This document shows positions 11,601 through 25,500 of a DNA stretch of 64,000 nucleotides, piece after piece; position 1 is the stretch's first letter, and every line of letters starts with the position of its first letter. Location: NCBI RefSeq assembly GCF_009914755.1, contig NC_060948.1; one strand, 5' to 3'. The notes beneath the pieces were generated by a model. That model saw only the letters and a list, made by a program, of their open reading frames with translations, searched no databases and had not been told where the DNA came from. Made by a program: the position numbers and the translations under genes. The stretch comes from the human T2T-CHM13v2.0 reference genome, Homo sapiens.

Positions 11601-14600
11601 ATTGAATCGAAAGGAAAGGAAGCCAATGGACTGAAATGAAATGGAATGGAATTGAATGGAAAGTAATGCAATGGAATAGAATGGAACGAAATTTCACGGG
11701 ATGGAATCAAACTGAATGGAATCAAATCAATGGAATCAAATCAAATGGAATGGAAAGGAATTGAATGGAGTAGATTGGATTGGATGGGATTGGAATGAAA
11801 TGTACTGGAAAGGACTCGAATTTCATGAAACGGAATGGAATGAATTGGAACGGAATGGACTCGAATGGAATGGAATGTCATGGAATGGCATCAAATGGAA
11901 TGGCATCAAATGGAATGGAATCGAATGCAATGGAATGCTATGGAATGGAATGGAATGCATTGGAATGGAATGTCCTCTAATGGAATGGATTCGAGTGGAA
12001 TGGAATCGAATATAATGGAGTCGAATGAAATGGAATTGAAAGGAATGGGATCGAATACAATGGAATATACTGGAATGTAATGTAATGAACTCGAATGTAA
12101 TTGACTGGAATGGAATGTACATGAATGGAATGTAATCGAATGGAAAGTAATCCAATGGAATAGAATCTAATGCAATAAAATCGACTCAGATAGAGTAGAA
12201 TGTAATGGAATGGAGTGCAGTGCAATGGAATGGATTGGAATGGAATGCAATGGAATGGAATGGAATGGAATGGAATGGGATGGAATGGGATGGAATGGGA
12301 TGGAATGGTATGGAATGGATAGTAATGGACTGGAGTGAAATGGACTGGAAAGGAATGGACTCAAATTGAAAGGGCTCGAAAGGAATGGAGTCAAATGTAA
12401 TGGTCTGGAATGGAATGAACACGAATGTAATGCAATCCAATAGAATGGAATCGAATGGCATGGAATATAAAGAAATGGAATCGAAGAGAATGGAAACAAA
12501 TGGAATGGAATTGAATGGAATGGAATTGAATGGAATGGGAAGGAATGGAGTGAAATTGTATGCAGTAGAAGAGAATAGAATGGAATGCAAGCGAAAGGAA
12601 AGGAATGGATTGGAATGGAATGGAACTCATTGGAATGGAAGGGAATGTAGTGTAATGGACAGGCCTGGAATAAAGTGGAAAGCTACGGTCTCGAATGGAA
12701 TAAAAATATATGGAATGGAATGCAATGAAACGGAATCGAATGTCATAGAATGTAATGGAATGCAAAAACATGGAATCCAAAATCATTGACTGGAAAGGCT
12801 GGGTGTCGAAAGGAATTGACTCCAATGGAATGGAATCGAATGGAATGGAAGTGAATAGAATCGAACTAAATCGAATGGAATGGAATTGATAGGAACGGAA
12901 TGGAAATGAATGCAATGATTTGGCATGGAATGGAATCGAATGGCATCGAATGGAATGGAATGGAATGCAATGGAATGGAATGTATTAGAATGTAATGAAC
13001 TTTAATGGAATGTACTCGAATGGATTCGACTGGAATGGAATGTTCTGGAAGTGAATGGACTCCAATGGAATGGATTCAAAAGGAATGGAATCGTACGGAA
13101 TGGAATCTAATGGAATGCAATTAAATGGAAATGAATCAAATTGAATAGCACGGAATTGAATTGAATGGAATGGAATGCAATGGAATCTAATGAAACGGAA
13201 AGGAAAGGAATGGAATGGAATGGAATGGGCTGGAATGGAAAGGAATCGAAACGAATGGAATGGAATCGAACTGAAGAGACTGGAATGGAATGCACTGGAA
13301 TGGAAGGGAGTGTAATGGAAGGTTCTCGAAAAAAATGGAATCGAATGGAATGGAATTGAATGGAACGGAATAGAGTCGAATGGAATTGAATGGAATGGAA
13401 TGGACTAGAGTGAAATGGAATCGAACCACAAGGAATGGACAGGAATAGAATGGTCTCGAATTGAATGGAATCGTATGGAATGGCATCAAACGGAATGGAA
13501 TGGACAGCCACGGAATGGAATGCACTCGAATGCAATGGAGTCGAAACTAATGGACTGGAATAGAATGGACTCGACTGGTACGGACTGCAATGGAATGGAA
13601 TCGAATGGAAGGGAATCGAACGGAATGGACTCGAAGGGAAAAGACTGCAATGGAAAGGTCTCGAATGGAATGGAAATTAATGGAATGGAATGGAATCGAA
13701 TGAAATGGAGTCAAAAGGAATGGAATCGAATGGCAAGAAATCGAATGTAATGGAATCGCAAGGAATTGATGTGAACGGAACGGAATGGAATGGAATCCAA
13801 AGGAATGGAATAGAATGGAATGGAATCGAATGGAAAGGACTCGAATGGAAATCACTCGAATAGAATGCAATTTAATAAAATAGGATCAAATGTAATGGAA
13901 TGGAATGGAAAGGAATCGAAACGAAAGGAATGGAGACAGATGGAATGGAATGGAACAGAGAGCAATGGTATAGAATGGAATGGAATCATCTGGAATGGAA
14001 TTGAATGGAATGGAATAATATGAAATGGAATGGAATGGAATGGAATGGAATGCCCTTGAATTAAATGGACTGGAATGGAATGGACTCGAACAGAGTGGAA
14101 TGGAAAGTGTTGAGATAGAATGGAATGGACTCCTTTGGAATGGTGTAGTATGCAATGCAATCGACTGGCAGGGAATCAAAAGGAATGTAATGGAATGGAC
14201 TGGACTGGAATGCAATGGACTCGTATAGATTGGAAACGGAATGCAAAGGAATGGAATGGAATAGTATGGAATGGAATGGAAAGGAATGGAGTGGAATAGA
14301 CTAGAGTGGAATGGAATGGACTGGAAAGCAATGGACTGGAATGGAACTTTCTTGAATGGACTGGAATCAAACGGAATGGAATGCAATGCAATCAAATGGC
14401 ATGGAATAAAATAGAATGAAAGAGAATCAAATGGAATTGAATCGAATGGAATCGAATGGATTGGAAAGGAATAGAATGGAATGGAATGGAATTGACTCAA
14501 ATGGAATGGACTAGAATGGAATGGATTCGAATGGAAGGCAAAGGAATGGAATCTATTGGAATGGACTGTAATGGAATGGAATGGAAGGGATTGGAATGGA

Positions 14601-17600
14601 CTCGAATGGAATGGACTGCAATAGAAAGGATTCGAATGGAATGAAAAAGAATTGAATGGAATAGAACAGAATGGAATCAAATCGAATGAAATGGAATGGA
14701 ATAGAAAGGAATGGAATGAAATGGAATGGAAAGGATTCGAATGGAATGCAATCGAATGGAATGGAATCGAACGGAATGGAATAAAATGGAAGAAAACTGG
14801 CAAGAAATGGAATCGAAATGAATGGAGTGTTATGGAACGGACTCAAAAGGAATTGAATGTAATAGAATGGAGTGGAGTGGACTCGAATATAATGGACTGG
14901 AATGGAATGAAATCACATGGAATGGGAACGAATGGAATGGAATGGAAAGGAATGGAATCGAATGGAAAGGAATCGAATGGAAGGGAATGAAATTGAATCA
15001 ACAGGAATGGAAGGGAATAGAATAGACGGTAATGGAATGGACTCGAATAGAATGGACACGAATGCTCAAATTGAATGGACTCGAATGGAATGGAAACGAA
15101 AGGAATGTCATCGAATGGAATTGAATCGATTGGAATGAAATCGCATAGAATGGAGTGGAATCAAATGGAATTGAATCGAAAGGAAAGGAAGCCAATGGAC
15201 TGAAATGAAATGGAATGGAATTGAATGGAAAGTAATGCAATGGAATAGAATGGAACGAAATTTCACGGGATGGAATCAAACTGAATGGAATCAAATCAAT
15301 GGAATCAAATCAAATGGAATGGAAAGGAATTGAATGGAGTAGATTGGATTGGATGGGATTGGAATGAAATGTACTGGAAAGGACTCGAATTTCATGAAAC
15401 GGAATGGAATGAATTGGAACGGAATGGACTCGAATGGAATGGAATGTCATGGAATGGCATCAAATGGAATGGCATCAAATGGAATGGAATCGAATGCAAT
15501 GGAATGCTATGGAATGGAATGGAATGCATTGGAATGGAATGTCCTCTAATGGAATGGATTCGAGTGGAATGGAATCGAATATAATGGAGTCGAATGAAAT
15601 GGAATTGAAAGGAATGGGATCGAATACAATGGAATATACTGGAATGTAATGTAATGAACTCGAATGTAATTGACTGGAATGGAATGTACATGAATGGAAT
15701 GTAATCGAATGGAAAGTAATCCAATGGAATAGAATCTAATGCAATAAAATCGACTCAGATAGAGTAGAATGTAATGGAATGGAGTGCAGTGCAATGGAAT
15801 GGATTGGAATGGAATGCAATGGAATGGAATGGAATGGAATGGAATGGGATGGAATGGGATGGAATGGTATGGAATGGATAGTAATGGACTGGAGTGAAAT
15901 GGACTGGAAAGGAATGGACTCAAATTGAAAGGGCTCGAAAGGAATGGAGTCAAATGTAATGGTCTGGAATGGAATGAACACGAATGTAATGCAATCCAAT
16001 AGAATGGAATCGAATGGCATGGAATATAAAGAAATGGAATCGAAGAGAATGGAAACAAATGGAATGGAATTGAATGGAATGGAATTGAATGGAATGGGAA
16101 GGAATGGAGTGAAATTGTATGCAGTAGAAGAGAATAGAATGGAATGCAAGCGAAAGGAAAGGAATGGATTGGAATGGAATGGAACTCATTGGAATGGAAG
16201 GGAATGTAGTGTAATGGACAGGCCTGGAATAAAGTGGAAAGCTACGGTCTCGAATGGAATAAAAATATATGGAATGGAATGCAATGAAACGGAATCGAAT
16301 GTCATAGAATGTAATGGAATGCAAAAACATGGAATCCAAAATCATTGACTGGAAAGGCTGGGTGTCGAAAGGAATTGACTCCAATGGAATGGAATCGAAT
16401 GGAATGGAAGTGAATAGAATCGAACTAAATCGAATGGAATGGAATTGATAGGAACGGAATGGAAAGGAATGCAATGATTTGGCATGGAATGGAATCGAAT
16501 GGCATCGAATGGAATGGAATGGAATGCAATGGAATGGAATGTATTAGAATGTAATGAACTTTAATGGAATGTACTCGAATGGATTCGACTGGAATGGAAT
16601 GTTCTGGAAGTGAATGGACTCCAATGGAATGGATTCAAAAGGAATGGAATCGTACGGAATGGAATCTAATGGAATGCAATTAAATGGAAATGAATCAAAT
16701 TGAATAGCACGGAATTGAATTGAATGGAATGGAATGCAATGGAATCTAATGAAACGGAAAGGAAAGGAATGGAATGGAATGGAATGGGCTGGAATGGAAA
16801 GGAATCGAAACGAATGGAATGGAATCGAACTGAAGAGACTGGAATGGAATGCACTGGAATGGAAGGGAGTGTAATGGAAGGTTCTCGAAAAAAATGGAAT
16901 CGAATGGAATGGAATTGAATGGAACGGAATAGAGTCGAATGGAATTGAATGGAATGGAATGGACTAGAGTGAAATGGAATCGAACCACAAGGAATGGACA
17001 GGAATAGAATGGTCTCGAATTGAATGGAATCGTATGGAATGGCATCAAACGGAATGGAATGGACAGCCACGGAATGGAATGCACTCGAATGCAATGGAGT
17101 CGAAACTAATGGACTGGAATAGAATGGACTCGTCTGGTACGGACTCCAATGGAATGGAATCGAATGGAAGGGAATCGAACGGAATGGACTCGAAGGGAAA
17201 AGACTGCAATGGAAAGGTCTCGAATGGAATGGAAATTAATGGAATGGAATGGAATCGAATGAAATGGAGTCAAAAGGAATGGAATCGAATGGCAAGAAAT
17301 CGAATGTAATGGAATCGCAAGGAATTGATGTGAACGGAACGGAATGGAATGGAATCCAAAGGAATGGAATAGAATGGAATGGAATCGAATGGAAAGGACT
17401 CGAATGGAAATCACTCGAATAGAATGCAATTTAATAAAATAGGATCAAATGTAATAGAATGGAATGGAAAGGAATCGAAACGGAAGGAATGGAGACAGAT
17501 GGAATGGAATGGAACAGAGAGCAATGGTATAGAATGGAATGGAATCATCTGGAATGGAATTGAATGGAATGGAATAATATGAAATGGAATGGAATGGAAT

Positions 17601-20600
17601 GGAATGGAATGCCCTTGAATTAAATGGACTGGACTCGAACAGAGTGGAATGGAAAGTGTTGAGATAGAATGGAATGGACTCCTTTGGAATGGTGTAGTAT
17701 GCAATGCAATCGACTGGCAGGGAATCAAAAGGAATGTAATCGAATGGATTGGACTGGAATGCAATGGACTCGAATAGATTGGAAACGGAATGCAAAGGAT
17801 TGGAATGGAATAGTATGGAATGCAATGGAAGGGAATGGAGTGGAATAGACTAGAGTGGAATGGAATGGACTGGAAAGCAATGGACTGGAATGGAACTTTC
17901 TTGGATGGATTGGAATCAAACGGAATGGAATGCAATGCAATCAAATGGCATGGAATAAAATAGAATGAAAGAGAATCAAATGGAATTGAATCAAATGGAA
18001 TCGAATGGATTGGAAAGGAATAGAATGGAATGGAATGGAATTGACTCAAATGGAATGGACTAGAATGGAATGGATTCGAATGGAAGGCAAAGGAATGGAA
18101 TCTATTGGAATGGACTGTAATGGAATGGAATGGAAGGGATTGGAATGGACTCGAATGGAATGGACTGCAATAGAAAGGATTCGAATGGAATGAAAAAGAA
18201 TTGAATGGAATAGAACAGAATGGAATCAAATCGAATGAAATGGAATGGAATAGAAAGGAATGGAATGAAATGGAATGGAAAGGATTCGAATGGAATGCAA
18301 TCGAATGGAATGGAATCGAACGGAATGGAATAAAATGGAAGAAAACTGGCAAGAAATGGAATCGAAATGAATGGAGTGTTATGGAACGGACTCAAAAGGA
18401 ATTGAATGTAATAGAATGGAGTGGAGTGGACTCGAATATAATGGACTGGAATGGAATGAAATCACACGGAATGGGAACGAATGGAATGGAATGGAAAGGA
18501 ATGGAATTGAATGAAAAGGAATCGAATGGAAGGGAATGAAATTGAATCAACAGGAATGGAAGGGAATAGAATAGACTGTAATGCAATGGACTCGAATAGA
18601 ATGGACACGAATGCTCAAATTAAATGGACTCGAATGGAATGGAAACGAAAGGAATGTCATCGAATGGAATTGAATCGATTGGAATGAAATCGCATAGAAT
18701 GGAGTGGAATCAAATGGAATTGAATCGAAAGGAAAGGAAGCGAATGGACTGAAATGAAATGGAATGGAATTGAATGGAAAGTAATGCAATGGAATAGAAT
18801 GGAACGAAATTTCACGGAATGGAATCAAACTGAATGGAATCAAATCAATGGAATCAAATCAAATGGAATGGAAAGGAATTGAATGGAGTAGATGGGATTG
18901 GATGGGATTGGAATGAAATGTACTGGAAAGGACTCGAATTTCATGAAACGGAATGGAATGAATTGGAACGGAATGGACTCGAATGGAATGGAATGTCATG
19001 GGATGGCATCAAATGGAATGGCATCAAATGGAATGGAATCGAATGCAATGGAATGCTATGGAATGGAATGGAATGCATTGGAATGGAATGTCCTCTAATG
19101 GAATGGATTCGAGTGGAATGGAATTGAATATAATGGAGTCGAATGAAATGGAATTGAAAGGAATGGGATCGAATAAAATGGAATATACTGGAATGTAACG
19201 TAATGAACTCGAATGTAATTGACTGGAATGGAATGTACATGAATGGAATGTAATCGAATGGAAAGTAATCCAATGGAATAGAATCTAATGCAATAAAATC
19301 GACTCAGATAGAGTAGAATGTAATGGAATGGAGTGCAGTGCAATAGAATGGAATGCAATGGAATGGAATGGAATGGAATGGAATGGAATGGAATGGAATG
19401 GAATGGAATGGGATGGAATGGTATGGAATGGATAGTAATGGACTGGAGTGAAATGGACTGGAAAGGAATGGACTCAAATTGAAAGGTCTCGAAAGGAATA
19501 GAGTCAAATGGAATGGTCTGGAATGGAATGAACACGAATGTAATGCAACCCAATAGAATGGAATCGAATGGCATGGAATATAAAGAAATGGAATCGAAGA
19601 GAATGGAAACAAATGGAATGGAATTGAATGGAATGGAATTGAATGGAATGGGAACGAATGGAGTGAAATTGTATGCAGTAGAAGAGAATAGAATGGAATG
19701 CAAGCGAAAGGAAAGGAATGGATTGGAATGGAATGGAATTCATTGGAATGGAAGGGAATGTAGTGTAATGGACAGGCCTGGAATAAAGTGGAATGCTACG
19801 GTCTCGAATGGAATAAAAATGTATGGAATGGAATGCAATGAAACGGAATCGAATGTCATAGAATGTAATGGAATGCAAAAAAATGGAATCCAAAATCATT
19901 GACTGGAAAGGCTGGGTGTCGAAAGGAATTGACTCCAATGGAATGGAATCGAATGGAATGGAAGTGAATAGAATCGAACTAAATCGAATGGAATGGAATT
20001 GATAGGAACGGAATGGAAAGGAATGCAATGATTTGGCATGGAATGGAATCGAATGGCATCGAATGGAATGGAATGGAATGCAATGGAATGGAATGTATTA
20101 GAATGTAATGAACTTTAATGGAATGTACTCGAATGGATTCGACTGGAATGGAATGTTCTGGAAGTGAATGGACTCCAATGGAATGGATTCAAAAGGAATG
20201 GAATCGTACGGAATGGAATCTAATGGAATGGAATTAAATGGAAATGAATCAAATTGAATAGCACGGAATTGAATTGAATGGAATCGAATGCAATGGAATC
20301 TAATGAAACGGAAAGGAAAGGAATGGAATGGAATGGAATGGGCTGGAATGGAAAGGAATCGAAACGAATGGAATGGAATCGAAGTGAAGAGACTGGAATG
20401 GAATGCACTGGAATGGAAGGGAGTGTAATGGAAGGTTCTCGAAAAAAATGGAATCGAATGGAATGGAATTGAATGGAACGGAATAGAGTCGAATGGAATT
20501 GAATGGAATGGAATGGACTAGAGTGAAATGGAATCGAACCACAAGGAATGGACAGGAATAGAATGGTCTCGAATTGAATGGAATCGTATGGAATGGCATC

Positions 20601-22589
20601 AAACGGAATGGAATGGACAGCCACGGAATGGAATGCACTCGAATGCAATGGAGTCGAAACTAATGGACTGGAATAGAATGGACTCGACTGGTACGGACTC
20701 CAATGGAATGGAATCGAATGGAAGGGAATCGAACGGAAGGGAAACGAACGGAATGGACTCGAAGGGAAAAGACTGCAATGGAAAGGTCTCGAATGGAATG
20801 GAAATTAATGGAATGGAATAGAATCGAATGAAATGGAGTCAAAAGGAATGGAATCGAATGGCAAGAAATCGAATGTAATGGAATCGCCAGGAATTGATGT
20901 GAACGGAACGGAATGGAATGGAATCCAAAGGAATGGAATAGAATGGAATGGAATCGAATGGAAAGGACTCGAATGGAAATCACTCGAATAGAATGCAATT
21001 TAATAAAATAGGATCAAATGTAATGGAATGGAATGGAAAGGAAGCGAAACGAAAGGAATGGAGACAGATGGAATGGAATGGAACAGAGAGCAATGGTATA
21101 GAATGGAATGGAATCATCTGGAATGGAATTGAATGGAATGGAATAATATGAAATGGAATGGAATGGAATGGAATGGAATGCCCTTGAATTAAATGGACTA
21201 GAATGGAATGGACTCAAACAGAGTGGAATGGAAAGTGTGGAGATAGAATGGAATGAACTCCTTTGGAATGGTGTAGTATGCAATGCAATCGACTGGCAGG
21301 GAATCAAAAGGTATGTAATCGAATGGATTGGACTGGAATGCAAAGGACACGAATAGATTGGAAACGGAATGCAAAGGAATGGAATGGAATAGTATGGAAT
21401 GCAATGGAAGGGAATGGATTGGAATAGACTAGAGTGGAATGGAATGGACTGGAAAGCAATGGACTGGAATGGAACTTTCTTGGATGGACTGGAATCAAAC
21501 GGAATGGAATGCAGTGTAATCAAATGGCATGGAATAAAATAGAATGAAAGAGAATCAAATGGAATTGAATCGAATGGAATCGAATGGATTGGAAAGGAAT
21601 AGAATGGAATGGAATGGAATTGACTCAAATGGAATGGACTAGAATGGAATGGATTCGAATGGAAGGCAAAGGAATGGAATCTATTGGAATGGACTGTAAT
21701 GGAATGGAATGGAAGGGATTGGAATGGACTCGAATGGAATGGACTGCAATAGAAAGGATTCGAATGGAATGAAAAAGAATTGAATGGAATAGAACAGAAT
21801 GGAATCAAATCGAATGAAATGGAATGGAATAGAAAGGAATGGAATGAAATGGAATGGAAAGGATTCGAATGGAATGCAATCGAATGGAATGGAATCGAAC
21901 GGAATGGAATAAAATGGAAGAAAACTGGCAAGAAATGGAATCGAAATGAATGGAGTGTTATGGAACGGACTCAAAAGGAATTGAATGTAATAGAATGGAG
22001 TGGAGTGGACTCGAATATAATGGACTGGAATGGAATGAAATCACATGGAATGGGAACGAATGGAATAGAATGGAAAGGAATGGAATCGAATGGAAAGGAA
22101 TCGAATGGAAGGGAATGAAATTGAATCAACACGAATGGAAGGGAATAGAATAGACTGTAATGGAATGGACTCGAATAGAATGGACACGAATGCTAAAATT
22201 AAATGGACTCGAATGGAATGGAAACGAAAGGAATGTCATCGAATGGAATTGAATCGATTGGAATGAAATCGCATAGAATGGAGTGGAATCAAATGGAATT
22301 GAATCGAAAGGAAAGGAAGCGAATGGACTGAAATGAAATGGAATGGAATTGAATGGAAAGTAATGCAATGGAATAGAATGGAACGAAATTTCACGGAATG
22401 GAATCAAACTGAATGGAATCAAATCAATGGAATCAAATCAAATGGAATGGAAAGGAATTGAATGGAGTAGATGGGATTGGATGGGATTGGAATGAAATGT
22501 ACTGGAAAGGACTCGAATTTCATGAAACGGAATGGAATGAATTGGAACGGAATGGACTCGAATGGAATGGAATGTCATGGGATGGCATC

Positions 22590-25500
22590 AAATGGAATGA
22601 CATCAAATGGAATGGAATCGAATGCAATGGAATGCTATGGAATGGAATGGAATGCATTGGAATGGAATGTCCGCTAATGGAATGGATTCGAGTGGAATGG
22701 AATTGAATATAATGGAGTCGAATGAAATGGAATTGAAAGGAATGGGATCGAATACAATGGAATATACTGGAATGTAACGTAATGAACTCGAATGTAATTG
22801 ACTGGAATGGAATGTACATGAATGGAATGTAATCGAATGGAAAGTAATCCAATGGAATAGAATCTAATGCAATAAAATCGACTCAGATAGAGTAGAATGT
22901 AATGGAATGGAGTGCAGTGCAATGGAATGGAATGGAATGGAATGCAATGGAATGGAATGGAATGGAATGGAATGGAATGGAATGGAATGGGATGGAATGG
23001 TATGGAATGGATAGTAATGGACTGGAGTGAAATGGACTGGAAAGGAATGGACTCAAATTGAAAGGGCTCGAAAGGAATGGAGTGAAATGGAATGGTCTGG
23101 AATGGAATGAACACGAATGTAATGCAACCCAATAGAATGGAATCGAATGGCATGGAATAAAAAGAAATGGAATCGAAGACAATGGAAACAAATGGAATGG
23201 AATTGAATGGAATGGAATTGAATGGAATGGGAACGAATGGAGTGAAATTGTATGCAGTAGAAGAGAATAGAATGGAATGCAAGCGAAAGGAAAGGAATGG
23301 ATTGGAATGGAATGGAATTCATTGGAATGGAAGGGAATGTAGTGTAATGGACAGGCCTGGAATAAAGTGGAATGCTACGGTCTCGAATGGAATAAAAATG
23401 TATGGAATGGAATGCAATGAAACGGAATCGAATGTCATAGAATGTAATGGAATGCAAAAAAATGGAATCCAAAATCATTGACTGGAAAGGCTGGGTGTCG
23501 AAAGGAATTGACTCCAATGGAATGGAATCGAATGGAATGGAAGTGAATAGAATCGAACTAAATCGAATGGAATGGAATTGATAGGAACGGAATGGAAAGG
23601 AATGCAATGATTTGGCATGGAATGGAATCGAATGGCATCGAATGGAATGGAATGGAATGCAATGGAATGGAATGTATTAGAATGTAATGAACTTTAATGG
23701 AATGTACTCGAATGGATTCGACTGGAATGGAATGTTCTGGAAGTGAATGGACTCCAATGGAATGGATTCAAAAGGAATGGAATCGTACGGAATGGAATCT
23801 AATGGAATGGAATTAAATGGAAATGAATCAAATTGAATAGCACGGAATTGAATTGAATGGAATGGAATGCAATGGAATCTAATGAAACGGAAAGGAAAGG
23901 AATGGAATGGAATGGAATGGGCTGGAATGGAAAGGAATCGAAACGAATGGAATGGAATCGAACTGAAGAGACTGGAATGGAATGCACTGGAATGGAAGGG
24001 AGTGTAATGGAAGGTTGTCGAAAAAAATGGAATCGAATGGAATGGAATTGAATGGAACGGAATAGAGTCGAATGGAATTGAATGGAATGGAATGGACTAG
24101 AGTGAAATGGAATCGAACCACAAGGAATGGACAGGAATAGAATGGTCTCGAATTGAATGGAATCGTATGGAATGGCATCAAACGGAATGGAATGGACAGC
24201 CACGGAATGGAATGCACTCGAATGCAATGGAGTCGAAACTAATGGACTGGAATAGAATGGACTCGACTGGTACGGACTCCAATGGAATGGAATCGAATGG
24301 AAGGGAATCGAACGGAAGGGAATCGAACGGAATGGACTCGAAGGGAAAAGACTGCAATGGAAAGGTCTCGAATGGAATGGAAATTAATGGAATGGAATGG
24401 AATCGAATGAAATGGAGTCAAAAGGAATGGAATCGAATGGCAAGAAATCGAATGTAATGGAATAGCCAGGAATTGATGTGAACGGAACGGAATGGAATGG
24501 AATCCAAAGGAATGGAATAGAATGGAATGGAATCGAATGGAAAGGACTCGAATGGAAATCACTCGAATAGAATGCAATTTAATAAAATAGGATCAAATGT
24601 AATGGAATGGAATGGAAAGGAATCGAAACGAAAGGAATGGAGACAGATGGAATGGAATGGAACAGAGAGCAATGGTATAGAATGGAATGGAATCATCTGG
24701 AATGGAATTGAATGGAATGGAATAATATGAAATGGAATGGAATGGAATGGAATGGAATGGAATGCCCTTGAATTAAATGGACTGGAATGGAATGGACTCA
24801 AACAGAGTGGAATGGAAAGTGTGGAGATAGAATGGAATGAACTCCTTTGGAATGGTGTAGTATGCAATGCAATCGACTGGCAGGGAATCAAAAGGTATGT
24901 AATCGAATGGATTGGACTGGAATGCAAAGGACTCGAATAGATTGGAAACGGAATGCAAAGGAATGGAATGGAATAGTATGGAATGCAATGGAAGGGAATG
25001 GAGTGGAATAGACTAGAGTGGAATGGAATGGACTGGAAAGCAATGGACTGGAATGGAACTTTCTTGGATGGACTGGAATCAAACGGAATGGAATGCAGTG
25101 CAATCAAATGGCATGGAATAAAATAGAATGAAAGAGAATCAAATGGAATTGAATCGAATGGAATCGAATGGATTGGAAAGGAATAGAATGGAATGGAATG
25201 GAATGGACTCAAATGGAATGGACTAGAATGGAATGGATTCGAATGGAAGGCAAAGGAATGGAATCTATTGGAATGGACTGTAATGGAATGGAATGGAAGG
25301 GATTGGAATGGACTCGAATGGAATGGACTGCAATAGAAAGGATTCGAATGGAATGAAAAAGAATTGAATGGAATAGAACAGAATGGAATGAAATCGAATG
25401 AAATGGAATAGAATAGAAAGGAATGGAATGAAATGGAATGGAAAGGATTCGAATGGAATGCAATCGAATGGAATGGAATCGAACGGAATGGAATAAAATG

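Larger units (their letters stand above)
1..17140 (+). repeat. Subtype A block: ~4.8 near-identical units, 3569-bp period, no EcoRI site at the landmark position
   Basis: Diagnostic alleles: GGAACTCATT (1915-1924), CTTTCTTGAAT, GTAGATTGGATT, GGAAAGCTACG, AAAAACATGG, CTCGTATAG, ATCGCAAGG, and a single copy of GGAAGGGAATCGAAC. Confidence 0.88.

Noticed and set aside
18890-18911. GATGGGATTGGATGGGATTGG as a G-quadruplex candidate in subtype B
   Set aside because: It has only two GGG runs plus GG runs, so it does not meet the canonical four-G3-tract pattern.
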